Shown: positions 29,963-41,558, numbered from the stretch's first letter. The stretch is DNA of 47,790 bases from an uncultured Acidobacteriota bacterium (GCA_913043225.1 CAJWLU010000026.1:1-47790), one strand, 5' to 3'. Program-made: numbers and translations. The notes: generated by a model not told the origin, from the sequence alone.

Positions 29963-31330
29963 ATGACCACCCACCGTACCCGTCTAGCCTTGGGCCTGAT
30001 CATCTTGGGCGCTTCGTGGTCCTGCCTGGGGTTGGTGGTCGCGGTGGGCCAGTCCGGCGGCGGCGACGGGGCACCGGTGATACACGTTGCCGAGGTCGAC
30101 GCCCTGATCCATCCCGCGTCGGCGGAGTTCATCACTCAGGCCATTACTGGGGCTGATGCTGACGGGGCCGAGCTCCTGGTGCTCGTCCTGCGCACGCCGG
30201 GCGGCCTGGTGGACTCCACCCGCGATATCAACACCAGCATTATTGAGGCCGAGACTCCGGTCGCGGTCTACGTAGGGCCGAGCGGCGCCCGGGCCGCTTC
30301 GGCGGGATTCCTGATCACTATCGCCGCCGACGTGGCCGCGATGGCACCAGGCACCCACATCGGCGCTGCCCATCCGGTGGCCGGCTCAGGCCAGCCAATG
30401 GACGAGACCATGGCTGAGAAAGCGGCGTCGGATGTGGCTGCCTATGCCCGCTCGCTGGCAGCCCAGCGGGGGCGTAACGTTGAGCTGGCAGAGAAGGCGG
30501 TCCTCGACAGTCAGTCGTTTACCGAGGAGGAGGCACTGGCGGCCGAGCCGCCGCTCATCGACCTGGTAGTCGACGACGTCGACGCGCTGCTGGCGGCCCT
30601 CGAAGAGTACCATGTGGAGCGCTGGGGTGGCGAACTCCAGGTGCTTCGCACTCGCGGTGCTGCGGTTCAGCAGGTCGAGATGAACTGGCGCCAGCGTTTA
30701 CTGAGTGCCATCGCCCATCCGCAGATCGCGGTGTTGCTACTGAGCCTGGGCACCCTGGGGTTGACGATCGAACTCTGGAGTCCCGGAGCAATTCTTCCGG
30801 GAGTGGCGGGCGGCCTCTGTCTGCTGCTGGCGTTCTTCGCGCTCCAGATTCTTCCGGTGAACTACGTCGGTGTCCTGCTGCTGTTGTTCGGGCTCGTCCT
30901 GCTGGTGTTGGAGGTCTTCACCCCGACCTTCGGGGCGTTGGCCGCCGGCGGGGTGGCGAGCATGGCGTTCGGGTTGGTCATGCTCATCGACTCTCCCGCG
31001 CCCGAGTTCCAGCTTGGGTGGCCGTTCATCCTGTCGACGGTGGCGGCCCTGGGAACAATCGTGTGGCTGCTGGTGCGGCTAGCCGTCCGGGCGCAACTCC
31101 GGCCGGCGGTGAGCGGTGCGGCCGGGATGCTTGCCGAATCTGGCGAGGTCATCGACGCGATCGCTCCAGGGGGGGGCGGTCGGGTGGCAACTCACGGCGA
31201 GATCTGGTCGGCGAGCGCCGGCCAGGCGATCCCGCGTGGGGCAAGGGTGAAGGTGGTCGGCATAGACGGGATGACACTCACCGTGGTTCCAGAGCCGCCG
31301 CGCGAGTCAGGGACTAAAGGAGCGAATTGA
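29963..31330 (+). CDS. nfeD: NfeD family membrane-bound serine protease
   Basis: TPGGL, ARAASAG, IGAAHPV, TM bundle, C-terminal OB fold (HGEIWSA). Confidence 0.92.
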   Translation: MTTHRTRLALGLIILGASWSCLGLVVAVGQSGGGDGAPVIHVAEVDALIHPASAEFITQAITGADADGAELLVLVLRTPGGLVDSTRDINTSIIEAETPVAVYVGPSGARAASAGFLITIAADVAAMAPGTHIGAAHPVAGSGQPMDETMAEKAASDVAAYARSLAAQRGRNVELAEKAVLDSQSFTEEEALAAEPPLIDLVVDDVDALLAALEEYHVERWGGELQVLRTRGAAVQQVEMNWRQRLLSAIAHPQIAVLLLSLGTLGLTIELWSPGAILPGVAGGLCLLLAFFALQILPVNYVGVLLLLFGLVLLVLEVFTPTFGALAAGGVASMAFGLVMLIDSPAPEFQLGWPFILSTVAALGTIVWLLVRLAVRAQLRPAVSGAAGMLAESGEVIDAIAPGGGGRVATHGEIWSASAGQAIPRGARVKVVGIDGMTLTVVPEPPRESGTKGAN

Positions 31331-32112
31331 TGCCGTTGAATCCGTTGGTGATCTTTCTCATGGTGGTGGCGCTCTATCTCGCCAACTCGATCAAGATTCT
31401 CAACGAGTACGAGCGTGGGGTGATCTTCCGTCTCGGCAAGCTGCTGCCGCACGCGAAGGGGCCCGGGATCGTCCTGGTGTTCGCCCCGCTCGATCGGATG
31501 GTGCGGGTGGGGCTGCGGACGATAGTCATGGACGTGCCTCCGCAGGACATTATCACGCGCGACAACGTGTCGGTGAAGGTCAACGCGGTCATCTATTTCC
31601 GGGTCATGGACCCGCAGCGGGCCATCGTCGAGGTCGAGAACTTCCACTATGCCACGTCTCAGCTGGCCCAGACGACACTGCGGAGCGTTCTCGGTCAAGT
31701 GGAGCTCGACGACCTGTTGTCTGAACGTGATCGGCTAAATCAGGAGCTCCAGCGACTGCTCGACCAGCAAACGGACCCTTGGGGTATCAAGGTGTCGGCC
31801 GTCGAGGTGAAGCATGTCGATCTCCCCGACGACATGCAGCGGGCGATGGCTCGCCAGGCCGAAGCGGAGCGTGAGAAGCGTGCAAAGATCATCCACGCCG
31901 AGGGCGAGTACAAAGCGTCGGAACAACTCCAGCAAGCCGCCAAGGTCATCTCTCGGCAGCCGTTGGCTGTGACGCTGCGCTACCTCCAGACCCTGACTGA
32001 GATCGCGGGTGAGAAGAATTCCACCATCCTGTTCCCCGTGCCGATCGAGCTCTTGAACCTGCTTAAGCCCACGTCGACTGATGGCAACGATGGCGAACAG
32101 CGTTCAGACTGA
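31330..32112 (+). CDS. SPFH/slipin (stomatin-like) protein
   Basis: [38 protein letters not shown]; follows nfeD. Confidence 0.94.
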   Translation: MPLNPLVIFLMVVALYLANSIKILNEYERGVIFRLGKLLPHAKGPGIVLVFAPLDRMVRVGLRTIVMDVPPQDIITRDNVSVKVNAVIYFRVMDPQRAIVEVENFHYATSQLAQTTLRSVLGQVELDDLLSERDRLNQELQRLLDQQTDPWGIKVSAVEVKHVDLPDDMQRAMARQAEAEREKRAKIIHAEGEYKASEQLQQAAKVISRQPLAVTLRYLQTLTEIAGEKNSTILFPVPIELLNLLKPTSTDGNDGEQRSD

Positions 32113-32647
32113 CGCGCCCCCGAGCGCTAAGCAGCTGGTGTTCGTGGCGATGATGGCGACTGTAGTCGCCGTCATCGTGTTTCTGTGCGGTGTGCTTGTC
32201 GGGCGTGGTTTGCCCGTCCAACGGATGGGCGCCGGAGACCCGCTGCAGTCCGGTCTGGCGGGCGCTGTGCTGTTTGACACCGATGTGGCTACAGTCGACG
32301 ACGGAACCTCCCCGCTCGAGGACTTGTCGTACCACGATGAGCTGACCGAGCCCGCGCCGTCCCAGTCCGCTCGCTCCGCGGCCGAGGCGCCCACGCCTCC
32401 GCCGACAGAGCCGGACGGGTACATGGTCCAGGTGACGGCGCTACGCGATCCGGCTGAGGCGCAGGCGGTTGCCGATCGGCTCATCGGCCGGGGGTATTCG
32501 GCTGTGGTCGTGGCGCCGGCCGACGGCGCGCCGGTCGGCGTGTTTCGGGTTCGGGTTGGTCCGTTCGAGAATTCCACCGAGGCCGAACGAAGCAGGGAGC
32601 GTCTGGAAACGGAGGAGGCGTTCACGCCCTGGGTGATCCAGCCCTGA
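32081..32647 (+). CDS. Membrane-anchored SPOR-domain protein
   Basis: N-terminal TM helix; [13 protein letters not shown]. Start may be ATG 32090. Confidence 0.85.
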   Translation: MATMANSVQTDAPPSAKQLVFVAMMATVVAVIVFLCGVLVGRGLPVQRMGAGDPLQSGLAGAVLFDTDVATVDDGTSPLEDLSYHDELTEPAPSQSARSAAEAPTPPPTEPDGYMVQVTALRDPAEAQAVADRLIGRGYSAVVVAPADGAPVGVFRVRVGPFENSTEAERSRERLETEEAFTPWVIQP

Positions 32648-32658
32648 GCGCCTCTGGT

Positions 32659-34200
32659 TTGACACGCGTGTCTCCGGAGTCGCCTGCCGCGTTCAGATCC
32701 TCACGCTTGCTGCTGAGCGGCGCCCTGTCTGGTGTCCTCCTTGTTCTCAGTTTCCCGACTTGGGGCCATCCGCTGGCAGCCTGGGTAGCCTTGGTGCCGC
32801 TCTTGGTGACAATGGCCGGCGGGGCCCCGCCGCGGCTGGCCTTCAGCGCGGGCCTGGTGGCCGGCCTGGTGCACTTTGCCGGCATACTGCCCTGGCTGAC
32901 CCAGGTCATGATGCAGTTTGGAGGCATGCCCCGCCCATTGGCGATGGTGCTCAACGGGCTACTCATTCTGTATCTTGCCACCTTTCCGGCGGCTTGGGCG
33001 ACGCTCACGGCACTGCTACTCCGACGATTCGGTTCGCTGGCGCTGATGGCGGCCGCGCCCATATGGCTCACGACCGAACTGGCGCGGCTCTGGCTCCTCG
33101 GGGGTTTTCCGTGGGAGCTGCTCGGATACAGTCAGACCAGCGTGCTGCCGGTGGCTCAGCTGGCCAGTCTCTTCGGGGTTCATGGCGTTACGCTGATAGT
33201 GGTCCTGGTCAATAGCGCCGTCGCAATGGCACTGGTGGCGCCCTGGCGCACGGTGCGGACGCCGATGCTGGCCACCGCTGGCGTAGTCGCCGCGGTTGTC
33301 GTGTTTGGCACCGTCCGTCTGGCCGACAACCGGCTGGTCGAGTCGGGCACGCCACTGCGTGTCGGCCTCGTCCAGGGCAATATTACTCAGGACCAGAAGT
33401 GGGACCCGGCGCTCAGCGCATCGATTCTGGAGCGCTACCTGTCATTGAGCCGGGACACCGCTCGCGATGGTGCCGAGCTGATCGTGTGGCCGGAGTCGGC
33501 GACCCCCTTCGGCTTCGAGGAGCACCCGGGCGGCGAGGCGATCAGGCAACTGGCGCGTGACACGGGGGCGCATCTCCTGTTCGGGAGCACGCAGCGGCAA
33601 CGGGATACGGTTGTACGCTTGTTCAACGCCGCATTCACCCTGGGGCCGGATGGAAGAACCAAGGCGGTGTATCACAAGCGGCATCTGGTGCCGTTCGGTG
33701 AGTATGTGCCGTTGTCGTCGCTGCTGTTCTTTGCTCAGCCGCTGGTCGAGTCGATCGTGCCGTTCACGCCAGGGACCGGACCCCTGACCTTGCCGATCGG
33801 GCCGCATCTAACAAGCACCGCGATCTGCTATGAGATCATCTATCCGGCCTTGGTGCGTAGCTTTGTGCTCGAGGGGAGTCAGCTGCTGACTACCATCACC
33901 AATGACGCGTGGTATGGGCGATCGGCCGCGCCGCACCAGCACTTCCAGCAGGCGACGATGCGCGCGATCGAGCAAGGACGGTATCTGGTCCGTGCAGCCA
34001 ATACCGGCATTAGCGGCGTCGTCGACCCCTACGGTCGGGTGCTTGCCAGGAGTGGCCTGTTCGAGACCACCATCTTGAATGCGGAGGTGCGTCTCATTGA
34101 CGGATTGACCGTCTATGGACGGATCGGAGATCTGCTAGCCTACTTGTGCTTGGTCGTGACCTTGATCACGTCGGTCGGAGTCTGGACTGGGCGCTGGTAG
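32659..34200 (+). CDS. lnt: Apolipoprotein N-acyltransferase
   Basis: GGFPW, VQGNI, WPES, KRHLVPFGEY, ICYE, TNDAW, RAANTGIS. Confidence 0.95.
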   Translation: MTRVSPESPAAFRSSRLLLSGALSGVLLVLSFPTWGHPLAAWVALVPLLVTMAGGAPPRLAFSAGLVAGLVHFAGILPWLTQVMMQFGGMPRPLAMVLNGLLILYLATFPAAWATLTALLLRRFGSLALMAAAPIWLTTELARLWLLGGFPWELLGYSQTSVLPVAQLASLFGVHGVTLIVVLVNSAVAMALVAPWRTVRTPMLATAGVVAAVVVFGTVRLADNRLVESGTPLRVGLVQGNITQDQKWDPALSASILERYLSLSRDTARDGAELIVWPESATPFGFEEHPGGEAIRQLARDTGAHLLFGSTQRQRDTVVRLFNAAFTLGPDGRTKAVYHKRHLVPFGEYVPLSSLLFFAQPLVESIVPFTPGTGPLTLPIGPHLTSTAICYEIIYPALVRSFVLEGSQLLTTITNDAWYGRSAAPHQHFQQATMRAIEQGRYLVRAANTGISGVVDPYGRVLARSGLFETTILNAEVRLIDGLTVYGRIGDLLAYLCLVVTLITSVGVWTGRW

Positions 34201-34240
34201 CCGGAGCGCCGTTTTCCGAGAAAAGAGGGGCATCGAAGCG

Positions 34241-35369
34241 ATGACAGTCGAGCTTGAAGCACAGATTCGGCGTTACGAACAGCTGATTGAGCGGTCGACC
34301 GCCCTGCGCGGCTATCTTTGACACCCCGGAGGCTGTTAAGGAGCTCGCCGCGCTCGAACAGCAGGCCGCGGCGGCCGACTTCTGGAAGGAACCGGGGCAG
34401 GCGCAGCAGGTGCTTCGTCGTCGCCGGCGGTTGCAGGAAGACCACGATCTCGCGGAGTCGCTGCGTCAGAAGGCGACCGATCTCGAAGTGCTCGTCGACT
34501 GGGCATCGGAGGGCGAGGATGTAGGAGATGATCTGCAGGCGGGTCTCGACGCGCTGACCACCGAGGTGGAGTCGGGCGAGGTCAAGAAGATGCTCGGTGG
34601 CGAGCACGACGACAAGAACGCTATCCTCACCATCCATCCCGGCGCCGGAGGCACCGAATCGCAGGACTGGGCCGAGATGCTGGCGCGCGCCTACCTTAGG
34701 TGGGCAGAGCGGCGGGAGTTCAAGGCCGAGATCATCGAATGGCAGCCGGGTGAAGAGGCTGGAGTCAAGGCCGCGACCATCACGGTGGCCGGAAACTTCG
34801 CCTACGGGCTGCTGCTGGCCGAGGCGGGCGTGCACCGCCTCGTGCGGATCTCACCGTTCGACCAGGCCTCCCGTCGGCATACCTCGTTCGCCTCGGTATA
34901 CGTGTGGCCCGAGTTGCCGGACGATGTCGACATCGAGGTTGACGAGAAGGACCTTCGGATAGACACCTACCGCTCGAGCGGCGCGGGCGGTCAGCACGTC
35001 AACGTCACCGACTCGGCTGTGCGGATCACGCATTTGCCCACCAATATCGTCGTGTCCTGTCAGAACGAACGGTCACAGCATCGGAATCGCGATGCGGCGA
35101 TGAAGGTGTTGAAGGCGAAACTCTACGACAAGAAGTTGCAGGAGCAGCAGGAGAAGCTTGAGGCGATCGGCGGCGAGAAGAAGGCGATCGACTTCGGCAG
35201 CCAGATCCGCAACTACGTGTTGCACCCCTACCAGATGGTCAAAGATCTGCGCACGCAGATGGACACTGGGAACGTCGAGCGGGTGCTCGACGGCGACTTC
35301 GATCCCTTCATCAAGGCGTATCTGATGAACAAGGCCGGTGGGGCCACCGCCAGTCCAGCAGACAGCTAG
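34241..35369 (+). CDS. prfB: Peptide chain release factor 2, programmed +1 frameshift
   Basis: ORF1 from ATG 34241 runs 26 codons to TAT CTT TGA C (CTT 34316-18); the +1 frame carries SPF and GGQ. Confidence 0.96.
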
Positions 35370-35431
35370 CACTTGACCTGGTTTTCTGGCTGGGTATGAG
35401 TCCGGGCAGACGCGAGGAGATGAATCTTTAA

Positions 35432-35550
35432 GCTAGGTCCGGGATTACTTGGTAATCCAGCCGACTCCGCCGGAGCGCCTGGAGCGAACCAGGTACGTTG
35501 TGATCCGCGAAGCAACGCCGCCAGGCGAAGGGATCGTCGGGAAACCTAGC
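35432..35550. repeat. Intergenic MITE/REP-like element, copy B
   Basis: Inverted ends GCTAGGT (35432-38) / ACCTAGC (35544-50); internal GGATTAC-TTG-GTAATCC hairpin and CGCCTGG..CCAGGCG; similar to copy A. Confidence 0.65.
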
Positions 35551-37822
35551 GCTCGAATCTGGAGCCCGGCTGGGTGCCGGAGACGAATGCCTCCTGGATG
35601 GCGTTCGTGGCCCAGGGTTCGGCGATGTCGCCCGTCGTTCGGTCCACGGTCTGGAAGATAATGTTATCGGGTGGCACGAACCCGTCCGGCGTGGGACGGT
35701 CCTCGATATAGGCCCGCATGAACTCACGCCAGATGGGCAGCGCAACCGATGCGCCGTCCTGACTGTTCCCGAGTGAGCGCTTGACGTCGAAGCCGACCCA
35801 GACGCCTACGGTGATGTCGGGATCGAACCCGACAAACCACCCATCGGTGAAGTCATCCACCGTTCCGGTCTTGCCGCCCAGCGGCCACCGGAGCTGGCGG
35901 GCGCCCTGGCCGGTGCCTCGATCCACCACGCCGCGCATCACGTTCAGCATCACGTAGGCTGTGTCGGCCGGGATCGCATCCTGGCCCTCGGGTTGGTTCT
36001 CTTCCAGTAGCTCGCCGGTCCGGTCGGTGATGCGCGTGATCTGGAACGGCGACATCCGTACGCCGCGGTTGGGGAACACCGAGAAGGCGCTCGTGATCTC
36101 TTCGAGCGTCGCCTCCGCAGCTCCAAGCGCTACCGACAGAAACGGGGGCACGTCGGAGGTGATGCCGAACTTGGGTGCGTAGGCCACGACCGCCTCCGGA
36201 CCCATCTCGTGCATCAGTTGGACCGCCGGCACGTTGATCGAGCGTTCGAACGCGTGCCGCAGCGTAACCGGACCGAGGAACTCGTTCTTGTAGTTCGACG
36301 GGCAATACGGCTCTTGCTCCGGGCCCGGGTCGAAACAGACCTCCTCGTCCATGATGATGGACGAAGGCGTGTAGCCTTGGTCGATGGCGGCCGTGAACAC
36401 GATGCCCTTGAAGAGCGACCCGAGCTGCCGCTGGGCCTGTGTTGCCCGGTTGAACTTACTCCGGTCGAAACTGTAGCCGCCGACCATTGCCAGGGTACGG
36501 CCGGTCCGGTTGTCGAGAGCGATCAGCGCCGCTTCGACCTGCGGCTCCTGTTCGAGTTCCGTGATCAGCTCCTTGGCGGCGTCATCGAGCGCGTTGACCT
36601 TGACCTCGATGAGGTCGCCAGGCGACACCAACTCGTCAGCCGTGCGTCGCCGCGTCCAGCTGAATCCGGCTCGGGGGATGCTAGTCGTGTATTCGCCCAC
36701 TCGCGCCTGGATGGCGCCGTTCTCTGTGCCGGTCACTAGGGCTGGCACGATGTCGTCGACTGCGGTGGCGTAGCGCCAACTTGGGTGGCGGTATTCGTCG
36801 AGTGTGTCGCCTTCCGCTAGTACATTCTCCGTCGGGGCGCGGTAGCCATGCCGCTTGTCCAGGATCCGTAGCTGCCGTTCGACGGCGACGTTGGCGGCGA
36901 CCTGCATCGTGGCGTTGAGCGTCGTGTGCACCTCGAGGCCGTCTTCATACAGCGCGCGGGCACCATACTCCGCCTCCAGGTGCTGGCGGACCTCTTCCAC
37001 AAAGTATGTGGCGACCTGCTGGCGGCCGGGGGTTCGTTTGGTAAGTACCAGTGCGCTTGAGATCGCCGCCTCGGCCTCGTCACGGCCGATGAAGCCGTTC
37101 TCGGCCATCTGCGTCAGCACGTAGTTCCGCCGTTCCACTGCGAGGTCGGGATTCACCAGCGGGCTCTGTCGGGACGGCGTCTGGAAGATGCCGGCAATGA
37201 GCGCGGCTTCTGGGAGCGTCAGATCGATGGCCGACTTGCCGAAGTACAGCCGCGCCGCCGCCTCGACCCCATATGCGCCGCTGCCCAAATACATCTGGTT
37301 GCAGTAAAGCGTCAGGATCTCCCGTTTTGTGTACCGCTTCTCGATCTGGATCGTCAGGATCGCCTCGTTGATCTTGCGGCTCCAGAACTTCTCGATGCCC
37401 AGTGGGTCGGCGCCGTCCAGCGACACATGGCGGGCGAGCTGCATGGTCAGCGTGCTCGCGCCCCGTCGGCGCCACTTGAGCACGTTCTGCACGGCGGTGA
37501 TACCGAGCCGACGCAGGTCGAAGCCGAAGTGGTTGAAGAAGTTGGCGTCCTCGGACGATATGAGCGCCTGTCTCAGGACCTCGGGGATTTCGTCGTGGCC
37601 GATTATGACTCGACGCTCGGTGGCGAACTGTCCGATCTCTTCACCACCCGTCGCGTAGACCCGGGTGATGGTGGAGGGGGCGTAGTCGTCGAGCGTCGTT
37701 ACGGCCGGGCGGTCCGGAGAGTAGGCGAAAATCACTCCGCTGACTCCGCCCGCGAGGGCCGCCACGACCAGTAAGAAGACGAGTCGAGCCTGTTTCAAGA
37801 AGAGGTTGGTGGGTTGCGCCAC
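35546..37822 (-). CDS. Penicillin-binding protein 1A family
   Basis: Glycosyltransferase motifs EDANF, GASTLTMQL, RKINE; transpeptidase SLFK, SIN, KTGT. Confidence 0.95.
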   Translation of the reverse strand: MAQPTNLFLKQARLVFLLVVAALAGGVSGVIFAYSPDRPAVTTLDDYAPSTITRVYATGGEEIGQFATERRVIIGHDEIPEVLRQALISSEDANFFNHFGFDLRRLGITAVQNVLKWRRRGASTLTMQLARHVSLDGADPLGIEKFWSRKINEAILTIQIEKRYTKREILTLYCNQMYLGSGAYGVEAAARLYFGKSAIDLTLPEAALIAGIFQTPSRQSPLVNPDLAVERRNYVLTQMAENGFIGRDEAEAAISSALVLTKRTPGRQQVATYFVEEVRQHLEAEYGARALYEDGLEVHTTLNATMQVAANVAVERQLRILDKRHGYRAPTENVLAEGDTLDEYRHPSWRYATAVDDIVPALVTGTENGAIQARVGEYTTSIPRAGFSWTRRRTADELVSPGDLIEVKVNALDDAAKELITELEQEPQVEAALIALDNRTGRTLAMVGGYSFDRSKFNRATQAQRQLGSLFKGIVFTAAIDQGYTPSSIIMDEEVCFDPGPEQEPYCPSNYKNEFLGPVTLRHAFERSINVPAVQLMHEMGPEAVVAYAPKFGITSDVPPFLSVALGAAEATLEEITSAFSVFPNRGVRMSPFQITRITDRTGELLEENQPEGQDAIPADTAYVMLNVMRGVVDRGTGQGARQLRWPLGGKTGTVDDFTDGWFVGFDPDITVGVWVGFDVKRSLGNSQDGASVALPIWREFMRAYIEDRPTPDGFVPPDNIIFQTVDRTTGDIAEPWATNAIQEAFVSGTQPGSRFER

Positions 37823-37922
37823 GTGGCTCCTTCCACTCGCTATTTTACCAGTCCTCGCATGCTACCGGTGACAGAATTTGCACCGGCAGAGGGCTCATGA
37901 GTGGGCTGGCTATCTGTACATG

Positions 37923-37951
37923 TTTACATAAGCATACTCATATTATATAAT
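37923..37951 (+). promoter_or_regulatory. Sigma70-type promoter for the dnaK operon
   Basis: TTTACA(37923-28)-N17-TATAAT(37946-51) within an AT-rich patch. Confidence 0.85.
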
Positions 37952-38023
37952 TTAATTCGTATTAGATAATCAAGATCTCGCCTATGTGGTGATGAACGGC
38001 AACTTACTAGAGGACATGGTGTT

Positions 38024-39946
38024 ATGGGTAAGGTAATAGGAATTGATCTGGGTACGACGAACTCTGTTGTCGCGGTTATGGAAGGTGGAGAACCGGTGGT
38101 AGTGACCAATCCAGAGGGCAACCGGCTGACGCCCTCGATCGTCGCCTTTGCGAAGTCGGGCGAGCGGCTAGTGGGCCAGGTGGCCAAACGGCAGGCGGTC
38201 ACGAACCCCGAGAATACGGTGTTCTCGATCAAGCGCTTCACCGGCCGGAAGTACGACGAAGTCGATGAGGAGATGAAGATGGTCCCCTACGAGGTGGTCA
38301 AAGCTTCGAACGGGGACGCTCGGGTCAATGCGGGCGGCAAGGAATCATCGCCCCCCGAGATCTCCGCGATGATCCTCCAAAAGTTGAAGGAGGCGGCCGA
38401 AGAGTATCTGGGACAGTCGGTGGGACAGGCTGTGATTACCGTGCCGGCCTACTTTAATGATGCCCAGCGCCAGGCGACCAAGGACGCAGGTCAGATCGCC
38501 GGGCTGGAGGTGCTCCGGATCGTCAACGAACCGACCGCGGCGGCCTTGGCCTACGGACTAGAGAAGAAGCAGGACGAGACGATCGCCGTCTACGACTTCG
38601 GTGGAGGGACCTTCGATATCTCCATTCTGGAGGTGGGCGAGGGCGTCGTTGAGGTTAAATCGACCAACGGCGACACTCATCTGGGTGGCGACAATCTGGA
38701 TCAGCGGATCATCGAGTGGATCGCCGACGAGTTCCTCAAGAGCGACGGCATCGATCTGCGCAAGGACCGGATGGCGCTTCAGCGGCTCAAGGAGGCGGCG
38801 GAGAAGGCGAAGATGGAGCTTTCGACGGTGGTCGAGACCGAGATCAACCTGCCGTTCGTCACTGCGGACCAGTCCGGTCCGAAGCACCTGGCGATGACGC
38901 TGAGCCGGTCGAAGTTCGAGCAGCTCGTCGAAGAGTTGCTGCAGAAGACGGTCGAGCCGGTTAAGCGTGCGCTGTCCGACGCCGGCCTCGACGCCTCGCA
39001 GATCGATGAGGTGGTCATGGTCGGTGGGTCGACCCGGGTGCCTCGGGTGCAGGCCATTGTGAAAGAGCTGTTCGGCAAGGATCCCCACAAAGGGGTCAAC
39101 CCGGACGAAGTCGTCTCGGTGGGCGCCGCGCTGCAGGCCGGCGTGCTGGCGGGCGAGGTTAAGGACCTGCTGCTGCTGGATGTTACGCCGCTCTCGCTGG
39201 GGATCGAAACCCTGGGAGGCGTGCTGACCACGTTGATTGACCGGAACACGACCATCCCCGCCAAGAAGGCCGAGACCTTTTCGACCGCAGCAGACAGCCA
39301 GACGAGCGTCGAGGTGCACGTGCTCCAGGGCGAGAGGCCGATGGCGCGCGACAACCGCACGCTCGGAAAGTTCAAGCTGGACGGTATTCCGCCGGCACCC
39401 CGTGGCATGCCGCAGATCGAGGTGACGTTCGATATCGATGCCAACGGCATCGTGAACGTCTCGGCCAAGGATCAGGGCACCGGAAAGGAACAGAAGATCG
39501 TCATTACCGCCTCGAGTGGTCTGTCCAAGGACGAGGTGGAGCAGATGATGAAGGAGGCCGAGGCGCACGCCGACGAGGACAAGCAGCGCAAGGAGGCCAT
39601 CGAGGCACGGAATCAGGCCGACCAGGCCGTCTATGCGGCCGAACGGATGCTGAAGGACGCCGAAGACAAGGTTGCCGCGTCCGACAAGGAGGCGATCGAG
39701 GCGGCCATCGCCGATGTGAAGAAGGCGCTTGAGTCAGACGACACCGCTGCGCTGACCGCGGCGATGGAACGGCTGACCGCGGCGCAGCACAAGGCGGCCG
39801 AGGCTATGTATTCACAGGGTCAGACTCCGCCGGCGGATGGCGGCGCAGCCCCAGGGGAAGATGCCGGGGCGGCGGGCGGTGCCGAAGCAGGCGGCGACGC
39901 CGACGGCGATGTCATCGATGCCGAGGTGGTCGAGGAGAACAAGTAG
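38024..39946 (+). CDS. dnaK: Chaperone DnaK
   Basis: [44 protein letters not shown]. Confidence 0.99.
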   Translation: MGKVIGIDLGTTNSVVAVMEGGEPVVVTNPEGNRLTPSIVAFAKSGERLVGQVAKRQAVTNPENTVFSIKRFTGRKYDEVDEEMKMVPYEVVKASNGDARVNAGGKESSPPEISAMILQKLKEAAEEYLGQSVGQAVITVPAYFNDAQRQATKDAGQIAGLEVLRIVNEPTAAALAYGLEKKQDETIAVYDFGGGTFDISILEVGEGVVEVKSTNGDTHLGGDNLDQRIIEWIADEFLKSDGIDLRKDRMALQRLKEAAEKAKMELSTVVETEINLPFVTADQSGPKHLAMTLSRSKFEQLVEELLQKTVEPVKRALSDAGLDASQIDEVVMVGGSTRVPRVQAIVKELFGKDPHKGVNPDEVVSVGAALQAGVLAGEVKDLLLLDVTPLSLGIETLGGVLTTLIDRNTTIPAKKAETFSTAADSQTSVEVHVLQGERPMARDNRTLGKFKLDGIPPAPRGMPQIEVTFDIDANGIVNVSAKDQGTGKEQKIVITASSGLSKDEVEQMMKEAEAHADEDKQRKEAIEARNQADQAVYAAERMLKDAEDKVAASDKEAIEAAIADVKKALESDDTAALTAAMERLTAAQHKAAEAMYSQGQTPPADGGAAPGEDAGAAGGAEAGGDADGDVIDAEVVEENK

Positions 39947-39967
39947 GGCTCCCGATCCGGAACGCTC

Positions 39968-41071
39968 ATGGAGTTCTACGTCATTCTCGGGGTGGATCAG
40001 ACGGCGTCGACGGCAGACGTAAAACGCGCCTACCGTCGACTCGCCAGAAAGTACCACCCTGACATCAACCCCGGCGACCACGAGGCCGAGGCGTTCTTCC
40101 GTCGTGTGAGCGAAGCTTACGCGACGCTCATCGATCCGGATCTACGTCAGGACTACGACGCACGTGGACTCCGTAGAGAGACCGGCGCCGGGGCGGAAGT
40201 CGAGTTCGAAGGGTTCGACTTCTCGGTGTCGACGACTGGGGATGAGGCCTCGACCTTTGGCGACCTGTTCTCCGACGTGCTGTCTGGCGCAGAGGCATCT
40301 GGTGAGCGAGGCGGGCCGCCGGCCGGGATTGATCTTCAGGTCACCCTGGGCTTGGGTTTTGACGAAGCGGTCCGTGGAGGCACCTTCGGGGTCACCGTTT
40401 CACGCGTCGCGCCCTGCGACGCCTGTCGTGGGACTGGCGCCCGTCGGGTTGCCCAGAGCCGGTGCGGTGCGTGCGCCGGGACTGGGCAGTCTCGGTGGAG
40501 CCGTGGCCACATGGTGTTCTCGCGCCAGTGCGGACAGTGCGCTGGGACGGGGCTCAGGCAGCAGCGTCCCTGTGGCGTCTGTCGAGCCGAGGGCATTGTC
40601 TCTCGGACCGAAGCGGTCGCCGTGCCGCTCCCGGCCGGCGTGGCCGATGGAACCAAGGTCAGAATACCGGGCAAGGGCAGCGTGGGTCGACGAAGAGGTG
40701 TCGTCGGCGATCTATATGTGACCGTGGTGGTGCAGTCGCATGTCGTGTTCCGGCGAGATGGAGATGACCTGCACCTGGTCGTGCCGGTCGCCGTCCACGA
40801 AGCGGCGCTTGGCGCTCGAATCGACGTGCCGACGGTCGATGGCCGGGCGCGGGTACGCATTCCGCCCAGCACTCAGGCAGGCCAACGCCTGCGACTACGA
40901 GGCCGTGGCGTGCCTTCGCCGCGGACCGGTGAACCGGGAGACCTCATCGTAGAGGTCCGCATCGTGCTTCCCGAGGTCATCGACGAACGCGTCAAGCAGC
41001 TGCTCCACGATCTGGCGGAGCTCTCCACTGAAGATGTACGAGCCCGGCTCTGGTCAGAGGTGACGACGTGA
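39968..41071 (+). CDS. dnaJ: DnaJ-class co-chaperone
   Basis: J domain with HPD; four CxxCxxxG repeats; C-terminal domain. Confidence 0.9.
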   Translation: MEFYVILGVDQTASTADVKRAYRRLARKYHPDINPGDHEAEAFFRRVSEAYATLIDPDLRQDYDARGLRRETGAGAEVEFEGFDFSVSTTGDEASTFGDLFSDVLSGAEASGERGGPPAGIDLQVTLGLGFDEAVRGGTFGVTVSRVAPCDACRGTGARRVAQSRCGACAGTGQSRWSRGHMVFSRQCGQCAGTGLRQQRPCGVCRAEGIVSRTEAVAVPLPAGVADGTKVRIPGKGSVGRRRGVVGDLYVTVVVQSHVVFRRDGDDLHLVVPVAVHEAALGARIDVPTVDGRARVRIPPSTQAGQRLRLRGRGVPSPRTGEPGDLIVEVRIVLPEVIDERVKQLLHDLAELSTEDVRARLWSEVTT

Positions 41072-41535
41072 GCCCACGAAAACGAGCACAGACGACGGGC
41101 AAGGGTGACGGTGAGGGCTACTTCATGATCAGCGCGGTTGCCCGGCGCTACAACATCCACCCGCAGACCCTGCGCCTGTATGAGAGGGAAGGTCTTCTCA
41201 AGCCATCCCGAACCGAGGGCAATACCAGACTCTATTCGGATGCCGATCTCGCGCAGCTCGAGACCATCCTGGCGCTGACGCGCGACCTGGGCGTAAACCT
41301 GGCCGGTGTCGAGATTATCCTCAACATGCGCGCCAAGATGGATCGCATGCAGGAGGAGGTCAACGAGTTCATGGCGTACGTGAAACAGGAGCTCGCTCGC
41401 GGTCTTGGTGATTGGGAGCAGCGATTGGGCACCTCCCTGGTAAGATCGTCGCCAACCGACTTGGTACGCGCCGAGCCGACGACGCCAGTTGTCACCGAAG
41501 TCTCCGTCGAATCGGACGGAGAGCCGTCACCGTGA
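41068..41535 (+). CDS. hspR: MerR-family heat-shock repressor
   Basis: ISAVA..IHPQTLRLYEREGLLKPSRTEGNTRLYS..LGVNLAGV; directly after dnaJ. Confidence 0.88.
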   Translation: MSPRKRAQTTGKGDGEGYFMISAVARRYNIHPQTLRLYEREGLLKPSRTEGNTRLYSDADLAQLETILALTRDLGVNLAGVEIILNMRAKMDRMQEEVNEFMAYVKQELARGLGDWEQRLGTSLVRSSPTDLVRAEPTTPVVTEVSVESDGEPSP

Positions 41536-41558
41536 TCTGATTTCTCTGCTTCGCCACG

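Noticed and set aside
35414..35431. GAGGAG followed by ATG AAT CTT TAA mini-ORF
   Set aside because: There is no SD-start spacing and only three codons.
37823..38023. CIRCE element or foreign AT-rich insert before dnaK
   Set aside because: No TTAGCACTC-N9-GAGTGCTAA; the AT richness is explained by the promoter.
38558..39568. 336-aa ORF antisense to dnaK
   Set aside because: Antisense frames opposite dnaK are a common codon-bias effect; no independent support.
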